From contig NW_021834942.1 in the NCBI RefSeq assembly GCF_006345805.1, forward strand, positions 1 through 44,083: a stretch of 44,083 nucleotides of DNA. Reading direction: 5' to 3'. Position numbers and translations under genes: made by a program. This document shows, piece by piece, positions 14,027-28,071 of the stretch. Each line of letters opens with the position of its first letter. The first letter of the stretch is position 1. The notes under the pieces are model-generated. The model did not search any database and was not told the origin of the DNA. It saw only the letters and a program-made list of their open reading frames with translations. The DNA is from Octopus sinensis. Lineage: Eukaryota.

Positions 14027-15134
14027 ATTATTAATATTATTATTATTATTATTATTATCATTATTATTATTATTAATGTTGTTGTTGTTGCTGCTGCTGC
14101 TCTTGCTGTTGTTGTTATTGTTATTATTATTATTATTATTATTATCATTATCATCATCCTCATCATCAACATCATCATCATTATTATTATTATTATTATT
14201 ATTATTTATTATTATTATCATTATCATTATTATTCAGTAGTTTTATTTTTATAGCGTGCTTTCACTTCACTACCGAGCGCAGCTCTGTGTGCCTTGGGTA
14301 TGTGCTGTGATTTGTTGTGATGCTCTGATGGTTATTGTATGGAAAGTGTTCTGCGTAGGATGTGTGCAGTGCCTAGTAGTGCAATTTTCTGTATGTTATA
14401 TGTGTTTGTAAGTCCTGGTGTTTTTGTTATGTATTTGTCTGAATATTTTTTTATCATGCCTAATGCACCTACTATGATAGGAATTGTTTCCGTTTTCAGA
14501 TTCCACATTCTAGTTACCTCTATTTCCAGGTCTTTGTATTTTGAGAGTTTCTCCATTTCTTTTAGAGACACGTTGTCATCTGCCGGTATTGATACATCAA
14601 TTAGAAAGCATTTTTTTTCTTCATGATCTCTGACAACTATATCTGGTCTGTTGACCTTAATTTCTCTATCTGTGTGTATCGGCATATCCCAGAGTATGGT
14701 TGCTTTCTCGTTTTCTGTGACCTTTTCTGGTGTGTGCCTATACCATCTTTTTTCTGTTGTTATTCTATAATGTTGGCATAGCTTCCAGTGTATGTAGGTT
14801 CCAACTCTGTCATGTCTATGAATACATTCCTTCTTAGCCAGGACTGGGCAGCTAGAGATAATATGATTTATTGTTTCTTGTCCATCTCCACATATTCTGC
14901 AGTTACTTGTAATATTTCTTTTCATTACATGTTTTTGGTAATTTCTGGTGGGGAGGCTTTGGTCTTGTGCTGCAATTAAAAATCCCTCTGTTTCTGCTTT
15001 GAGTCCTGAGCTTCTCAACCATTGCTGGGATTTTTCTTTGTCTATTTCTTTTGCGTTATTATTATGATTATTATCATTATCATTATTATTACTATTATTA
15101 TTGTTGTTGTTGCTGATGTTGCTGTTGTTTTTAC

Positions 15135-15189
<55 letters not shown>

Positions 15190-15318
15190 ATTATTATTAT
15201 TAATATTATTATTATTAATATTATTATTATTATTATTGTGATTATTATTATTATTGTTGTTGTTGTTGTTGTTGCTGCTGTTGCTGTTATTGTTATTATT
15301 ATTATTATTATTATCATT

Positions 15319-15397
<79 letters not shown>

Positions 15398-18300
15398 TAT
15401 GTTTGACTTTTGCTTTATATTTGTACAAGTTGGCTCCAAGTCTCACCCAGAGACAACATGATCAATGGTTTTATTTTGTCGTCGGCATACACGGCATGTT
15501 GGGCCACTGCCTTTCTTTAATATGTTGACCAGGTAGTTTCTTGTTAGTCGGCATTGATCTTGAGCTGCTATGATAAACCCTTCTGTTTCAGATTTTAAGC
15601 CAGAGGCCATTAGCCATTGATGGGTCAGGGCTTTGTCGATATCTGCATTATTCGCTCTCTTTGGGTATTTGCCATAGAGAGTTTTTTCATGCGCCTAGCT
15701 TTTTCTGTGCTTGTTTCTTGTATGTCTATCTCTAATTCCGAAATTTGTTGTATTCGGAATTCACTTAGATATTCCTTTGCCTGTTTCGTTACTGAGTATG
15801 ATGCTTTCTTGTTTTCATGTTTTGAGACAAGTTTTAACATCCAGTCCTCAGACTTTTTCAGGTAGGTGTCTAGGCCAATTGTAGCAATCTTCATTGTTAT
15901 TGCCAGTTGTAAAAGACCACGGCCTCCCTCTTTTCTTGGCAGATAAAGTCGTTCTGTATCTACCTTAGGGTGGTGCATTCTATGCATTGTCAACAGTTTT
16001 CGTATTTTTCTGTCGAGCTGACATATTTCAGTAATTGACTAGTTAACGATATTGAAACTGTAAGTCACGACTGGTATGGCTAATGCATTGATCGCTTCGA
16101 TCCTGTTTCTTGCATTCAGCTCTGTCTTGAGTATTGCTCTCACTCTTCGATAACATTCTCTCCTGATCCTTTCCTTCATCTCTGAATGCCTTATTCCGTT
16201 CCCTTCAATTACCCCTAGGTACTTGTAGCTCTCCGCTGGGTCTAGTTCTTTTATGACATTCTGCTGGTCAAGGTTAACGTTAGATATTTCTGTCATTTTT
16301 CCTTTGATAAAGGTAGCTTTTGCACATTTATCGAGGCCGAATTGCATTCTGATGTCGTCACTGAATTGTTTGACTATCACTACTAAGCCCTTGAGTTGTT
16401 GGTCATTTTTTGCAAAAAGCTTTATATCATCCATGTAAATGAAATGATTTATATTTTTATCAAACATTTTATACCCGTACTGCGCGTCATTGAGCAGTTT
16501 TGAGATAGGTATTAAGGCTAAACAAAAGAGGAGTGGTGACAGTGAGTCACCCTGGAAAATGCCACATGAAATGTTTACATCACCAGCATTTAGGGATTCA
16601 TTGTCACTGTTCAGAGTTAGTGTGGTTCTGCATGATCTCATACTTACAGTCAAAACGTTTCGCAGAGTAGGTGCTATCTTATACATTTCCAGGCATTTCC
16701 TAATCCAGCTATGTGGTAGGCTATCAAAAGCCTTTTTATAGTCCATCCAGGCTATTGATAAGTTTTTGTGTCGTTTGTGACAATCTTCTAAGATCATCTT
16801 ATTGATGAGTAGTTGATCTTTACAGCCGTAGGATCCACGTTTTTACCTCCTTTCTATTCATTAGTGAATATGCTGCTGTCTGTTAAAAACTATAAGTATA
16901 TTCCGTCAGGACAGATTTTAGCGTTTTATACATAGTTGTTAAGCAGGCTATGGGTCTATAGTTTTTTGGTTCATTTGTTTCTTTACTTTTTGGAAGCAGA
17001 AATGTTAACCCATTAACTAGCCAAGGAGGCATCCTACTAGGGTGTTGCAAAACATCATTGTACAGTTCTGTTAGCAGTTCATGGCTCTCTGGGAAGGCAT
17101 TCAGCCAGAAGTTAGGAATTTTATCCTTTCCTGGAGACTTCCATTTGCTTGACCTCCTGAGAGCAGATCTTATATCTTCTACCTTGACACCCTCCCACTT
17201 CTGCTCTTCTAAGGAGTCCAGTTCTGTAGATATTCTGTCAATCCAGGGGGCCTTTTCGTTGTGTATTTTTTCTTCTGCCCAAATTTTATTCCAAAATCCC
17301 TGCACTTCTTCTTTTGATGGTACAGACCTTACAGTAAACGCTGTTTTTCCTATCTTCCTGTAAAAATTCTTGGGGTTATTTTTGAACATGTTGTTGTCCT
17401 TGAAAAATCTAACACGCTTTTCATACCTCGCTATGCGGGCAGCTTTGGCAGATACCTTTTGTTTGATGGTTTCTATGGTGGCATCAATATCAAGTATAAT
17501 TTTCATATTGTATTTTTTCAGTATTTTGGGGTTTTTTGTAGGTTTGGTAGTCTTGTGAACCGTAAGGTTTTTCAAATATTCAATGTCAGATCTAAATAGT
17601 TTAATTTGTTGTTGCAAACGCTCTTGCCAAGAAGGCTTTTTGTGGGAATGTTGCCGTTTTCTAATCTTTACACCACATAGGATCGTTGAGATTTTCGCGG
17701 ATGCATAGTATAGGTGGTTGAGATTTGTGATAGCTGAAATTATATCCTTAAGTGCAAGCCGGATTTTACCAATTATTTTCATGTTTTGGTTAGAGTTGCG
17801 GATTTTAGGGAGTGTATCACGTTCATCCATGCTGGTTGCTTTAATTTTCAGCCATTCAATCATGAATTATCTATTTGATGTTCATCTGTCTTAGTGTTTA
17901 TGATTGGTTCAGGGAGTGTTTCACTTTGCCTATCACTTATACTAACTCTTTCAATCCTTACTTCGTTTTTATCAGCCCTGGGCTGCTCTATAATTATTTC
18001 CTCTGTATTATCTTCTCTAGCTGCAGCTTCGTTCATTTTATCCGATATTGCTTGTCTAACTTGATCAATCTCTACTTCAGTCAGTGATTTTTTCTTTTAT
18101 AATGTTTCTTCTGACGTTGGCAAGTTTGTTACTGTCTACGTAGGGTCCTACTTCAGGGTGTTTCTGTCTCCAGTTTATGTAGGTTTGTACAGTGTTAGAT
18201 TTATCTGTGGGGAAATATATGGCATGGTAGAAGGCCGCAAGAACTTCTTTATTATCTTCCCTAGACCATTTTTCCTTCTTTTTCTTTTGATTATTTGGTG

Positions 18301-18956
18301 ACGAGCATGGATGGCCATTTGTTGGAATATTGTGGGGTACGTCCAGCTCCTGTGTGTTGGGAAGATTTGATCCAGTAGCTGATTTTTCAATCAGAATTTG
18401 GTTCAATTTTCGGGTACGTGGTCTTTGTAATCCGCGCGATGACCAATGCGGTTTTTAGTTTGATTTGTTGACATTGAGCATGACGAGCTTCCACTCTTAC
18501 ATTAGGAGATGGATCTGTCAGTTTAGGGTTCTCTACACGTAAGCATTGCTCGTAGCGCAGCTTCTTATGGCTAGTAGATCTGTATTCGTCTGTATCTATT
18601 TTGTTGATAGTTTTATCTTCGAACATTTTTTCCTTCTCTTCCTTTTTTCCTCTCTCTTTCTTTCTTTCTCCTTCTTCCCCTTTTCCTTCCTTCTCTTCCA
18701 TTTCTCTTTTAAACTTATAAAAGGCTCACTCTGCCTGTATTAGTTCGAAATAATGAGAATAAAATACGAAGGAAAAAAAGGAAAAAAAAGGGATTATTAT
18801 TATTATTATCATTATTATTATGATGATTATTATTATTATTATTATTATCATTATTATTATTATTACAATTATTATTGTTGTTGTTGTTATTGTTGTTGTT
18901 GTTGCTGTTGTTGTTACTGCTATTGGTTTTATTATTGTTATCATTATTATTATTAC

Positions 18957-18998
<42 letters not shown>

Positions 18999-21358
18999 CA
19001 TCATTATTATTGTTATTATTATTATTATTCAGTGAGAGAGCAGTGCATTCCATCAAAGTAGCACTGGGGTAAATTATATGAAGCCCAGCATACCTATCAT
19101 GACTACCCGTCATTCAGAACTTTATCTGAATACTCTTCAGACAAGAGAAAAACTCCTGCAGCAGTTGACAACAAATGATGATTAATATAATTTCAGCAAG
19201 TGTATAGGAGTCACGACATTCATGTTCTTTCTTTCCATGTGTTAATAACAACAAAAAGAGAAATGGTTCTCGTGAAAACTGAAAAGTTGTTACATCGCTA
19301 CATTCTAATAGCCTACAGCTTGAATAAAAAAGTGTCACTTTAAATAAGAAGAAAATTCATAGTCACTTGAAATTACTTCATTATATCGTAGATTAGGCAT
19401 ATTTTGGTGTCGAAAATTTGATGGTTGTGATTTCAAAGTGTCTTTCAGAAGAGCAGTTTAGACGGAATGTTTTGGTGCTAGGATAATTGTTTTATTCTAC
19501 GTAACAATTGGTCTTAAAGGAATGCATGAACTGCGGTAGAAACAATAAAAGCAACGATTTGCACTTTCAGTTTCTGAGGCATACGACAGTGAAAGAATAC
19601 TCATAATAAACATGGGGGAAAATTAATAGCGATATATTTTTCGCAAATACAGGGTATCAGTTTAGAGACAGTAAAGGAAAAATTAACAGTTGCTCTTCAT
19701 GGATGATCTGAACCTTTTTAGCAAGAATAAAAAAAGATATTCTTTAAAACAAACTGTAAAACACTTCAGCAAGTTTATAGATATAGGATTTTTCATGGAT
19801 AAGTGTGCAGTATTAGTCATAAAACTGGACAAGTGGTCAGCAATAAAGTCTCCAATTACTAGATGACAAGACTTTAAAATCACTGAAACAATGCGAGAGT
19901 TATCTGTACCTAGGTGTACTAGAATCTCACAATGTACTAACTATAGAAATTAAAACGGAACTGGAGAAGGCGTAAATAAGAAAGGTGAGGAAGCTAATGA
20001 AATCATAGTCAAATGGGACGTATCTAGTGAAGGCTGTAAATACATGGCCACTAACGTTACGTGTATTTACATGGATTAAGTTAGATCAAACCAACTGTCA
20101 TGCAATTCAAAGCAGACTTTACAATGACTGAACACAATACTCGGAAATAATCATTTCGACTTATTAAAATGTAAACCAACACATCATTATTTATTGTCAA
20201 CTGCATTAAATATTTGTGAATTTGATAATCTTTCTTTATGCTATTAGATTTACAAAGTGTTAAACTTTTCCAAGAAATAAAGAGTATTATTGTACATACA
20301 TCTCATTTATGCTGGAAAGGTATGAGAAAGCGCCATCAAATTTTTGTAAACGGTTGTAGCTCAAATTTCTGAAAGAATCAAAGATAAGTTAAAATACGTA
20401 AAAATAAAAACAAACTGTTTTATACCGTAAAATACTTTCTAAATTTCTTTTTTCTCAAATGCAGGGTATCCGTTTAGAGACAGTTTAGAAACAGAAAAAG
20501 ACAGTGTGCGTGTGTGTGTGTGGGTGCGTGTGCACACACCACACACACACACACACACGCGCATACTGTCTTTTCTCTCTGTGTCTGTCTGTGCTATTTT
20601 CTCTCTCTTTTTCTCTCTGTCTCTCTCTCAATCTCTGTGTCACACACTTTTGTGTTTCGCTCACCCCATCAATGTGCTGATGGGGTAAAAGAAAACGCAT
20701 ACACACACATACACACAGACACACACACACAGTGTGTCTTCCTCAATGTTTCTGTATGACACTGTCTTTCTCTCTCTTTCTCTCTCTATCTGTGTCTCCC
20801 TGTGTGTCTCTCACTGCAACTCTTTTCAATTGCAATTCCTCGCACAAAACAATCCGTCGGCAGGAGCACTACGACACATAACAGTGGTATCAACAAGCTT
20901 CTCAATTGTTCGATGACTGTTCTCCAAGATGAGTTCATGAACTTTTGTGATGTTTTCATTCTTTCGGGAAGTCATTGGTCGCCCTGAACATAGTTATTTT
21001 TCAAGCGACAAGTGACCGTTCCTGGAGTGTGGAAACAACTTGTAAACTTGTGCTTTGCTCCTGGTAACGTCCTTGTCAGTTGTGTCAAATATGACAATTG
21101 TTTCGGCTGCCGCTTTCCCCAGCAGAAATCAGAATTTCCCGGATGCACGCTGTTCCTTCGTTTCAGCCATCGCAAAAAAATCAATAAACAGAGGAGAAGC
21201 ACTGCAAAACAACGATACATCACGTGGCAGTACGAGTCTAAATGACAATGCCGGTCGGCACACTGATGTCTGATAGTGGCTTCTAGCAGAGTAAGACTGA
21301 ACTACAACTGGTTTACCCAACAGAGATAATTTCGGTTACTTTTAGGTACCTCATGTAT

Positions 21359-21412
<54 letters not shown>

Positions 21413-21813
21413 ATTATATAATATATATATATATTATATATATAATATATATATATATATAAATATAATGTAGGATAACATTTTTTCGGGAAAAACATTT
21501 TATCAATGGCCAGCATATCAAAAATACCTTTAAAGGTTACGTTTATAAATAATTTACAAGATAAGGGCAAAAGAAATATTTTGTAATGCCAAATATGCCG
21601 AAAAAAAGACAAAAATTGTCAATAACCATTATAATTTATGCGTCTCGAAACAAATCGATAGAAATTTCAAAAAAATTCGTTATTACCGTATTGGTCCCAA
21701 TTTCGGGGATAATTCATAAGAATTTTCACTTCATCAGCGATAAATTTTAGTCTTTTTGTCTTTCTTTCGGCATATTTGACATTAGAATTTTCCTTTGCCC
21801 TTATCTTGTAAAT

Positions 21814-21886
<73 letters not shown>

Positions 21887-22101
21887 ATATATATATAATA
21901 TATATATATATACATATATATATGATACAAAAAAGAAAATGGAGAAACAAATTTAGTTTGTTAATCAACTTTCATATATTAGAATGTTGGATCATATATT
22001 CATTTAACAAAATGAGAAACTTAATAGCATACATATATATATCTTATAATTCAGTACATATAAGAATACAAATTATAAAAATCATAATATATTATTGTCT
22101 A

Positions 22102-22145
<44 letters not shown>

Positions 22146-22278
22146 GTTTCTGTATATATCTGTGAACATGTGTATATATATTTGCATGACTATAGTGTAT
22201 GACTATAAATTGTGTTGTGGTTGTGTATGTGTGTTCGTGTTTGTGTGTGAGTGTGTGTGTGTGTGTTTGTGTGTGTGA

Positions 22279-22325
<47 letters not shown>

Positions 22326-25105
22326 TCTGTATCTGTAAATCTGCCTCTCTGTCTGCTATTACAAAAATGTTATTGAGTGCAACGAAATTCAGTTTACAAT
22401 TCAGATTCGTCATATTTTTATTTATGTACAGATATATGTGTGTGTATATAAGCATTGTATCTTTGTGTTTGCATCTATGTTACCAACCTTAAGTGTTGCT
22501 CCTGCTACATCTGTATATTGAAGGTTTTATCAATGTTAATAAAATAGAAACAATTGTAGGCTTTATACTGAGCAAACTAATAAACGCCACTGTCTCTATA
22601 TTTATCGTTTCTTGTTAGAAAGTCTGTGTTTCTTTCCGAATTCTGCCATAGGATATTTCTATTTACTTATCATACAGGAGGAATTCACCTGGATGTGTAT
22701 TCTACTTCTTATTACTGGTGCCTAATTGTCGAATATTGTTAGATCTGAATCTCTGGATTCCCCTCGTTGTCCTACATGGCTTTTCCCTGTATTTGGGAAA
22801 ATTTGTCTTTAATTGTTAATTGTTACGTTGTTCACATTAATTTATATAAATCACATCACAAACGTAAACGACAAACACTCATTTTCATACCCGCGCGCAC
22901 ACACACACACACACAGAGAAAAAGTGAGCGTCTGTTTGAGAGGATGAAAGAGAGAGCGAAGATAGAAGGGAAGACAATATATATAGAAACATACAATTAG
23001 ATTAATAATATCAAAAAGATCAAACTTACACCCTCTCTAAATTGGTGAGACCCTCGAACGATCCATGTTCAATAATCGCGATTTTATTATTGGCTAGATT
23101 TCTGTAATTTGGGAGAGAATTGGTGAGAAATGGTATAAAAATGATTAGTCACACAATTTTAAATACGCATATGTCTAATCAACTGGATGTAGATGTAGAA
23201 GAAAAGGAAGTAGAAGTGCAAAAATTAGATGAAGATGAAGATAATGAGGAGTGAAGGTTATGATGATATTGATAATGATAACTTGTGACGCTATTGACTG
23301 ATGAGGAAGATGATGCGAATGATGATGTCGTTTATGATGATGATGATGAGATGATAAGGAGTGTGGTGTTGAGGACGGTTAAGCACGTTGATGGTCGCGA
23401 TCATGGCCATGATGCTTATGATGACAATGAAATTATAGAGGTACAAAAAACACAATTTGAAGCGGAGATTACAAGAAAATTATGAATTGAAATATGCATG
23501 TTTAAATCTGCCTCTCTGTCTGCAATTACAAAAATGTTATTGAGTGCAACGAAATTCAGTTTACAATTCAGATTCGTCATATTTTTATTTATGTATAGAT
23601 ATATGTATGTGTATATAAGCATTGTATCTTTGCGTTTGCATATATATTACCAACCCAAACTGTTGCTCCCGCTACATCTGTATATTGAAGGTTTTATCAA
23701 TGTTAATATAATAGAAACAATTGTAGGCTTTATACTGCGAAATCTAATAAACGCAACTGTCTCTATATTTATTGTTTGTTATCAAAATGTCTGAATTTTT
23801 CCGAATTCTGCCATAGGATATTTCTATTTACTTATCATACAGGAGGAATTCACCTGGATGTGTATTCTACTTCTTATTACTGGTGCCAATATTGTTAGAT
23901 TTGAATCTCTGGATCCCCTTGGTCGTCCTACATGGGATTTCCCCGTATTGGGGAATTTTGTCTTTAATCGTTAATTGTTACATTGTTCACATAAATTTTT
24001 TAAAATGACATCACAAACGTAAACCACAAACACTCAGATCCTTAATCATTTTCGTACCCGCATGTACACACACACAGACAAAGTGAACGTTTGTTAGAGA
24101 GGATGAAACAGAGAGTGAATATAGACGGGCAGACTTTATATGTAGAAACATACAATTAGATTAATAATATCAGGAAGATCAAACTTACAACTTATATAGA
24201 TTGGTGAGATCTTCGAACAATCCATGTTCAATAATCGCGATTTTATTATTGGCTAGTTTTCTGTAATTTGAGAGACAATTGGTGAGAAATGGTATAAAAA
24301 TGATTAGTCACACAATTTTAAATACGCATATGTCTAATCAACTGGATGTAGATGTAGAAGAAAAGGAAGTAGAAGTGCAAAAATTAGATGAAGGTGAAGA
24401 TAATGAGGACTGAAGGTTATGATGATATTGATAATGATGGCTTGTGACGCAGTTGACTAATGGTGAAGATGATGCTAACGATGATATCGTTTATGGTGAT
24501 GATAATGAGATGATAATGAATGTGGTGTTGAGCATGGTGATGACCGCGTTCATGGCCATGATGCTTATGACGACAATGAAATTATAGAGGTACAAAAAAT
24601 AGAATTGGAAGCGGAGATTACAAGAAAATTATGGAGTAAAATATACATATATATATTGTGATGGATATATATATATATGTCGGTCCCATAGGGGATAATG
24701 TTACAGTTGTTTATAGCTCCGGGATCATATCTCCGCTAACTGCCAAAACGACACAGCACTTGTGTCTTACTTGTATTTGCAAACTAATATCATGGTTCCC
24801 GTCTCTGGTTTTACGTAATAAACACAGGCCCTGATTTCTGGGTAGTAACTCGTCATCGAAACACGGGTGTGTGTGTATCACGTTAGGCTAGAGATGGCAA
24901 TGTTTTTTTCCTTTCACATATACTAATCAGACACAGACAGTGTGTCATTAGCCAATTGGAGAAGATGTTCTCCTGGGGCTATAAAAACTAGAAGCATCGT
25001 TCCCTATGGCACTGACACGTTTACGTGGTAAATATACTTTACGATTCCCTGCTACTACTGTTTACGTCTCACTCACAGATTTAATATTGCTTTCATATAT
25101 ATATC

Positions 25106-25137
<32 letters not shown>

Positions 25138-26890
25138 AAGGGGCGGGCAACAGGTTGCTTAGCCACATAGCGAAAAATTAGAAATAGCAGACAAAAACTG
25201 TTTATTTCTGTTTTCTACTATCAGGGGGGAAGGGCATAAGTTTTGATAAAAAATACAAAAATCGATTTCAGGTGAGTATGCGATCGATAGAGCTGTGGGA
25301 ACGTGCATTTGTAAAATCGTTTTTCTTGAAATAGAGTAAAGTCTATCTTTATTTCTTCTTTTGCTGGAGTCTGAAATTTGGGTTAAATCAGAGTTTCTGA
25401 AAGGGAAAGCCTATGAGACGGTCGCACAATATTTTTGAAAAACTTTGGTTTTAATATTTGACACCTCAGCACCGTCCATGGGATGGGGGGCGTTGTGTAT
25501 ATATATATATAAATGTATGTATGTATATATACACATATATATACATATAATATATATACACTATATATATATATATGTTTGTGACACATGTTTATTTACT
25601 ATATATATGTATGTGAGACTGTGTATGACTACAAATTGTTTTGTGGTTGTGTGTTGTATATGTGTGCGTGTGGTGTGTGTGCCTCTCTGTGGGTGTGAGG
25701 GAGAGAGAGAGCGAGCGACTGAGAATCTGCATTTTAAATCTGCCTCTCTGTCTGCAATTACAAAAATGTTATTGAGTGCAACGAAATTCAGTTTACAATT
25801 CAGATTCGTCATATTTTTATTTATGTACAGATATATGTGTGTTGTATATAAGCATTGTATCTTTGTGTTTGCATCTATGTTACCAACCTTAAGTGTTGCT
25901 CCGGCTACATCTGTATCTAAAGGTTTTTTAAATATTAATATAATAGAAACAATTGTAGGCTTATACTGAGCAAACTAATAAACGCAACTGTCTCTATATT
26001 TATCGTTTGTTGTCAAAATGTCTGAATTTTTCCGAATTCTGCCATAGGATATTTCTATTTACTTATCATACAGGAGGAATTCACCTGGATGTGTATTCTA
26101 CTTCTTATTCTGGTGCCTAATTGTCGAATATAGTTAGATCTGAATCTCTGGATTCCCCTCGTTGTCCTACATGGCTTTTCCCTGTATTTGGGGAAATTTG
26201 TCTTTAATTGTTAATTGTTACGTTGTTCACATTAATTATATAAATCACATCACAAACGTAAACGACAAACACTCATTTCATACCCGCACACACACACACA
26301 TACACACCACCAGAAAAAGTGAGCGTCTGTTAGAGGGATGAAGAGAGAGCGAAGATAGAAGGGAAGACAATATATGTAAAACATACAATTAGATTAATAA
26401 TATCAGGAAGATCAAACTTACAACTTATATAGATTGGTGAGACCTTCAAACAATCCATGTGAATAATCGCGATTTTATTATTGGCTAGATTTCTGTAAGT
26501 TGGAAGAGAATTGGTGAGAAATGGTATAAAAATGATTAGTCACACAATTTTAAATACGCATATGTCTAATCAACTGGATGTAGATGTAGAAGAAAAGGAA
26601 GTAGGAGTGCAAAAATTAGATGAAGTTGAAGATAATGAGAAGTGAAGATTATGATGATATTGATAATGATGGCTTGTGACGCAGTTGACTGATGGTGAAG
26701 ATGATGCTAATGCTGATGTCGTTTGTGATGATGAGATGATAATGAATGTGGTGTTGAGGACGGTGATGGTCGCGTTCATGGCCATGATGCTTATGACGAA
26801 AATGAAATTAAAGAGGTGCAAAAAAACAGAATTTGAAGCGGAGATAACAAGGAAAATTATGAAGTGAAAATATACATATATATATGTGAA

Positions 26891-26951
<61 letters not shown>

Positions 26952-27355
26952 GGTCCTTAGGGGATAATGCTACTGTGTTTATAGCCGGGATGATATCTCC
27001 GCTAGCTGCCAAAACGACACACCACTTGTGTCTTACTTGTATTTGCGAACTAATATTATGGTTCTCGTCTCTGGTTTTACGTAATAAACACAGGCCCTGA
27101 TTTCATGGTAGTAACTCGTCATCGAAACACGGGTGCGTGTGTATCACGTTAGGCTAGAGATGGCAATGTGTTTTTCTTTCACAAATATTAATCAGACACA
27201 GACAGTGTGTCATTAGCAAAGTGGAGAAGATGTCATCCTGGGGCTATAAAAACTAGAAGCATCGTTCCTATGGCACTGATACGTTTAGTGATAAATATAC
27301 TTTACGATTCCCTGCTACTACTGTTTACGTCTCACTCACAGGTTTAATATTGCTT

Positions 27356-27389
<34 letters not shown>

Positions 27390-27832
27390 GGGGCGGGCAA
27401 CAGGTTGCTTAGTCACATAGTGAAAAATTAGAAATAGCAGTCAAAAACTGTTTATTTCTGTTTTCTACTATCAGGAGGTGGGTATAAGTTTTGAAAAAAT
27501 TACAAAGATCGATTTCAGGTGAGCTGTGCGATTCGATAGAGCTGTGCGAAAGTGCATTTGTAAAATCATTTTTCTTGGAATAGAAAAAAGTCTATCTTTA
27601 TTCTTCTTTAGCTGGTGTCTGAAATTTGGGTTAAATCAGTGTTTCTCAAAGGGAGGGAGGCCGATGGGACGTTCGGACAAGTTTTTTGAAAAACTTTGGT
27701 TTTAGTTTTTGACACCTCAGCACCGTCCATGGGATGAGGTGGCCTTGTATATATATATATATATATGTAATATATATATATAATATATAATATATATTAT
27801 ATATAATATATATAATATATATTATTTATATA

Positions 27833-27890
<58 letters not shown>

Positions 27891-28039
27891 TATATTATAT
27901 ATAATATATATATATACACACATATGTATACATATATATAGATAAATATACATCTATATTATGTTTGTGACACATGTATATTTACATATATATATATGTA
28001 TGTCAGCATGTGTATGACTACAAACTGCTTTGTGGTGTG

Positions 28040-28071
<32 letters not shown>

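Noticed and set aside
23285-23485. Asp-rich or Met/Val-rich plus-strand ORFs repeated in each tandem unit (also 26676-26867, 29075-29302)
   Set aside because: Degenerate (GAT)n tract; the frame is not conserved between units and it is intronic, antisense to the LRR gene.
23651-23677. Candidate 27-nt minus-strand micro-exon (AG...GT) in the repeat units
   Set aside because: In the phase-2 frame required by the LRR exons it creates TGA at the junction, and the sequence differs substantially between units.
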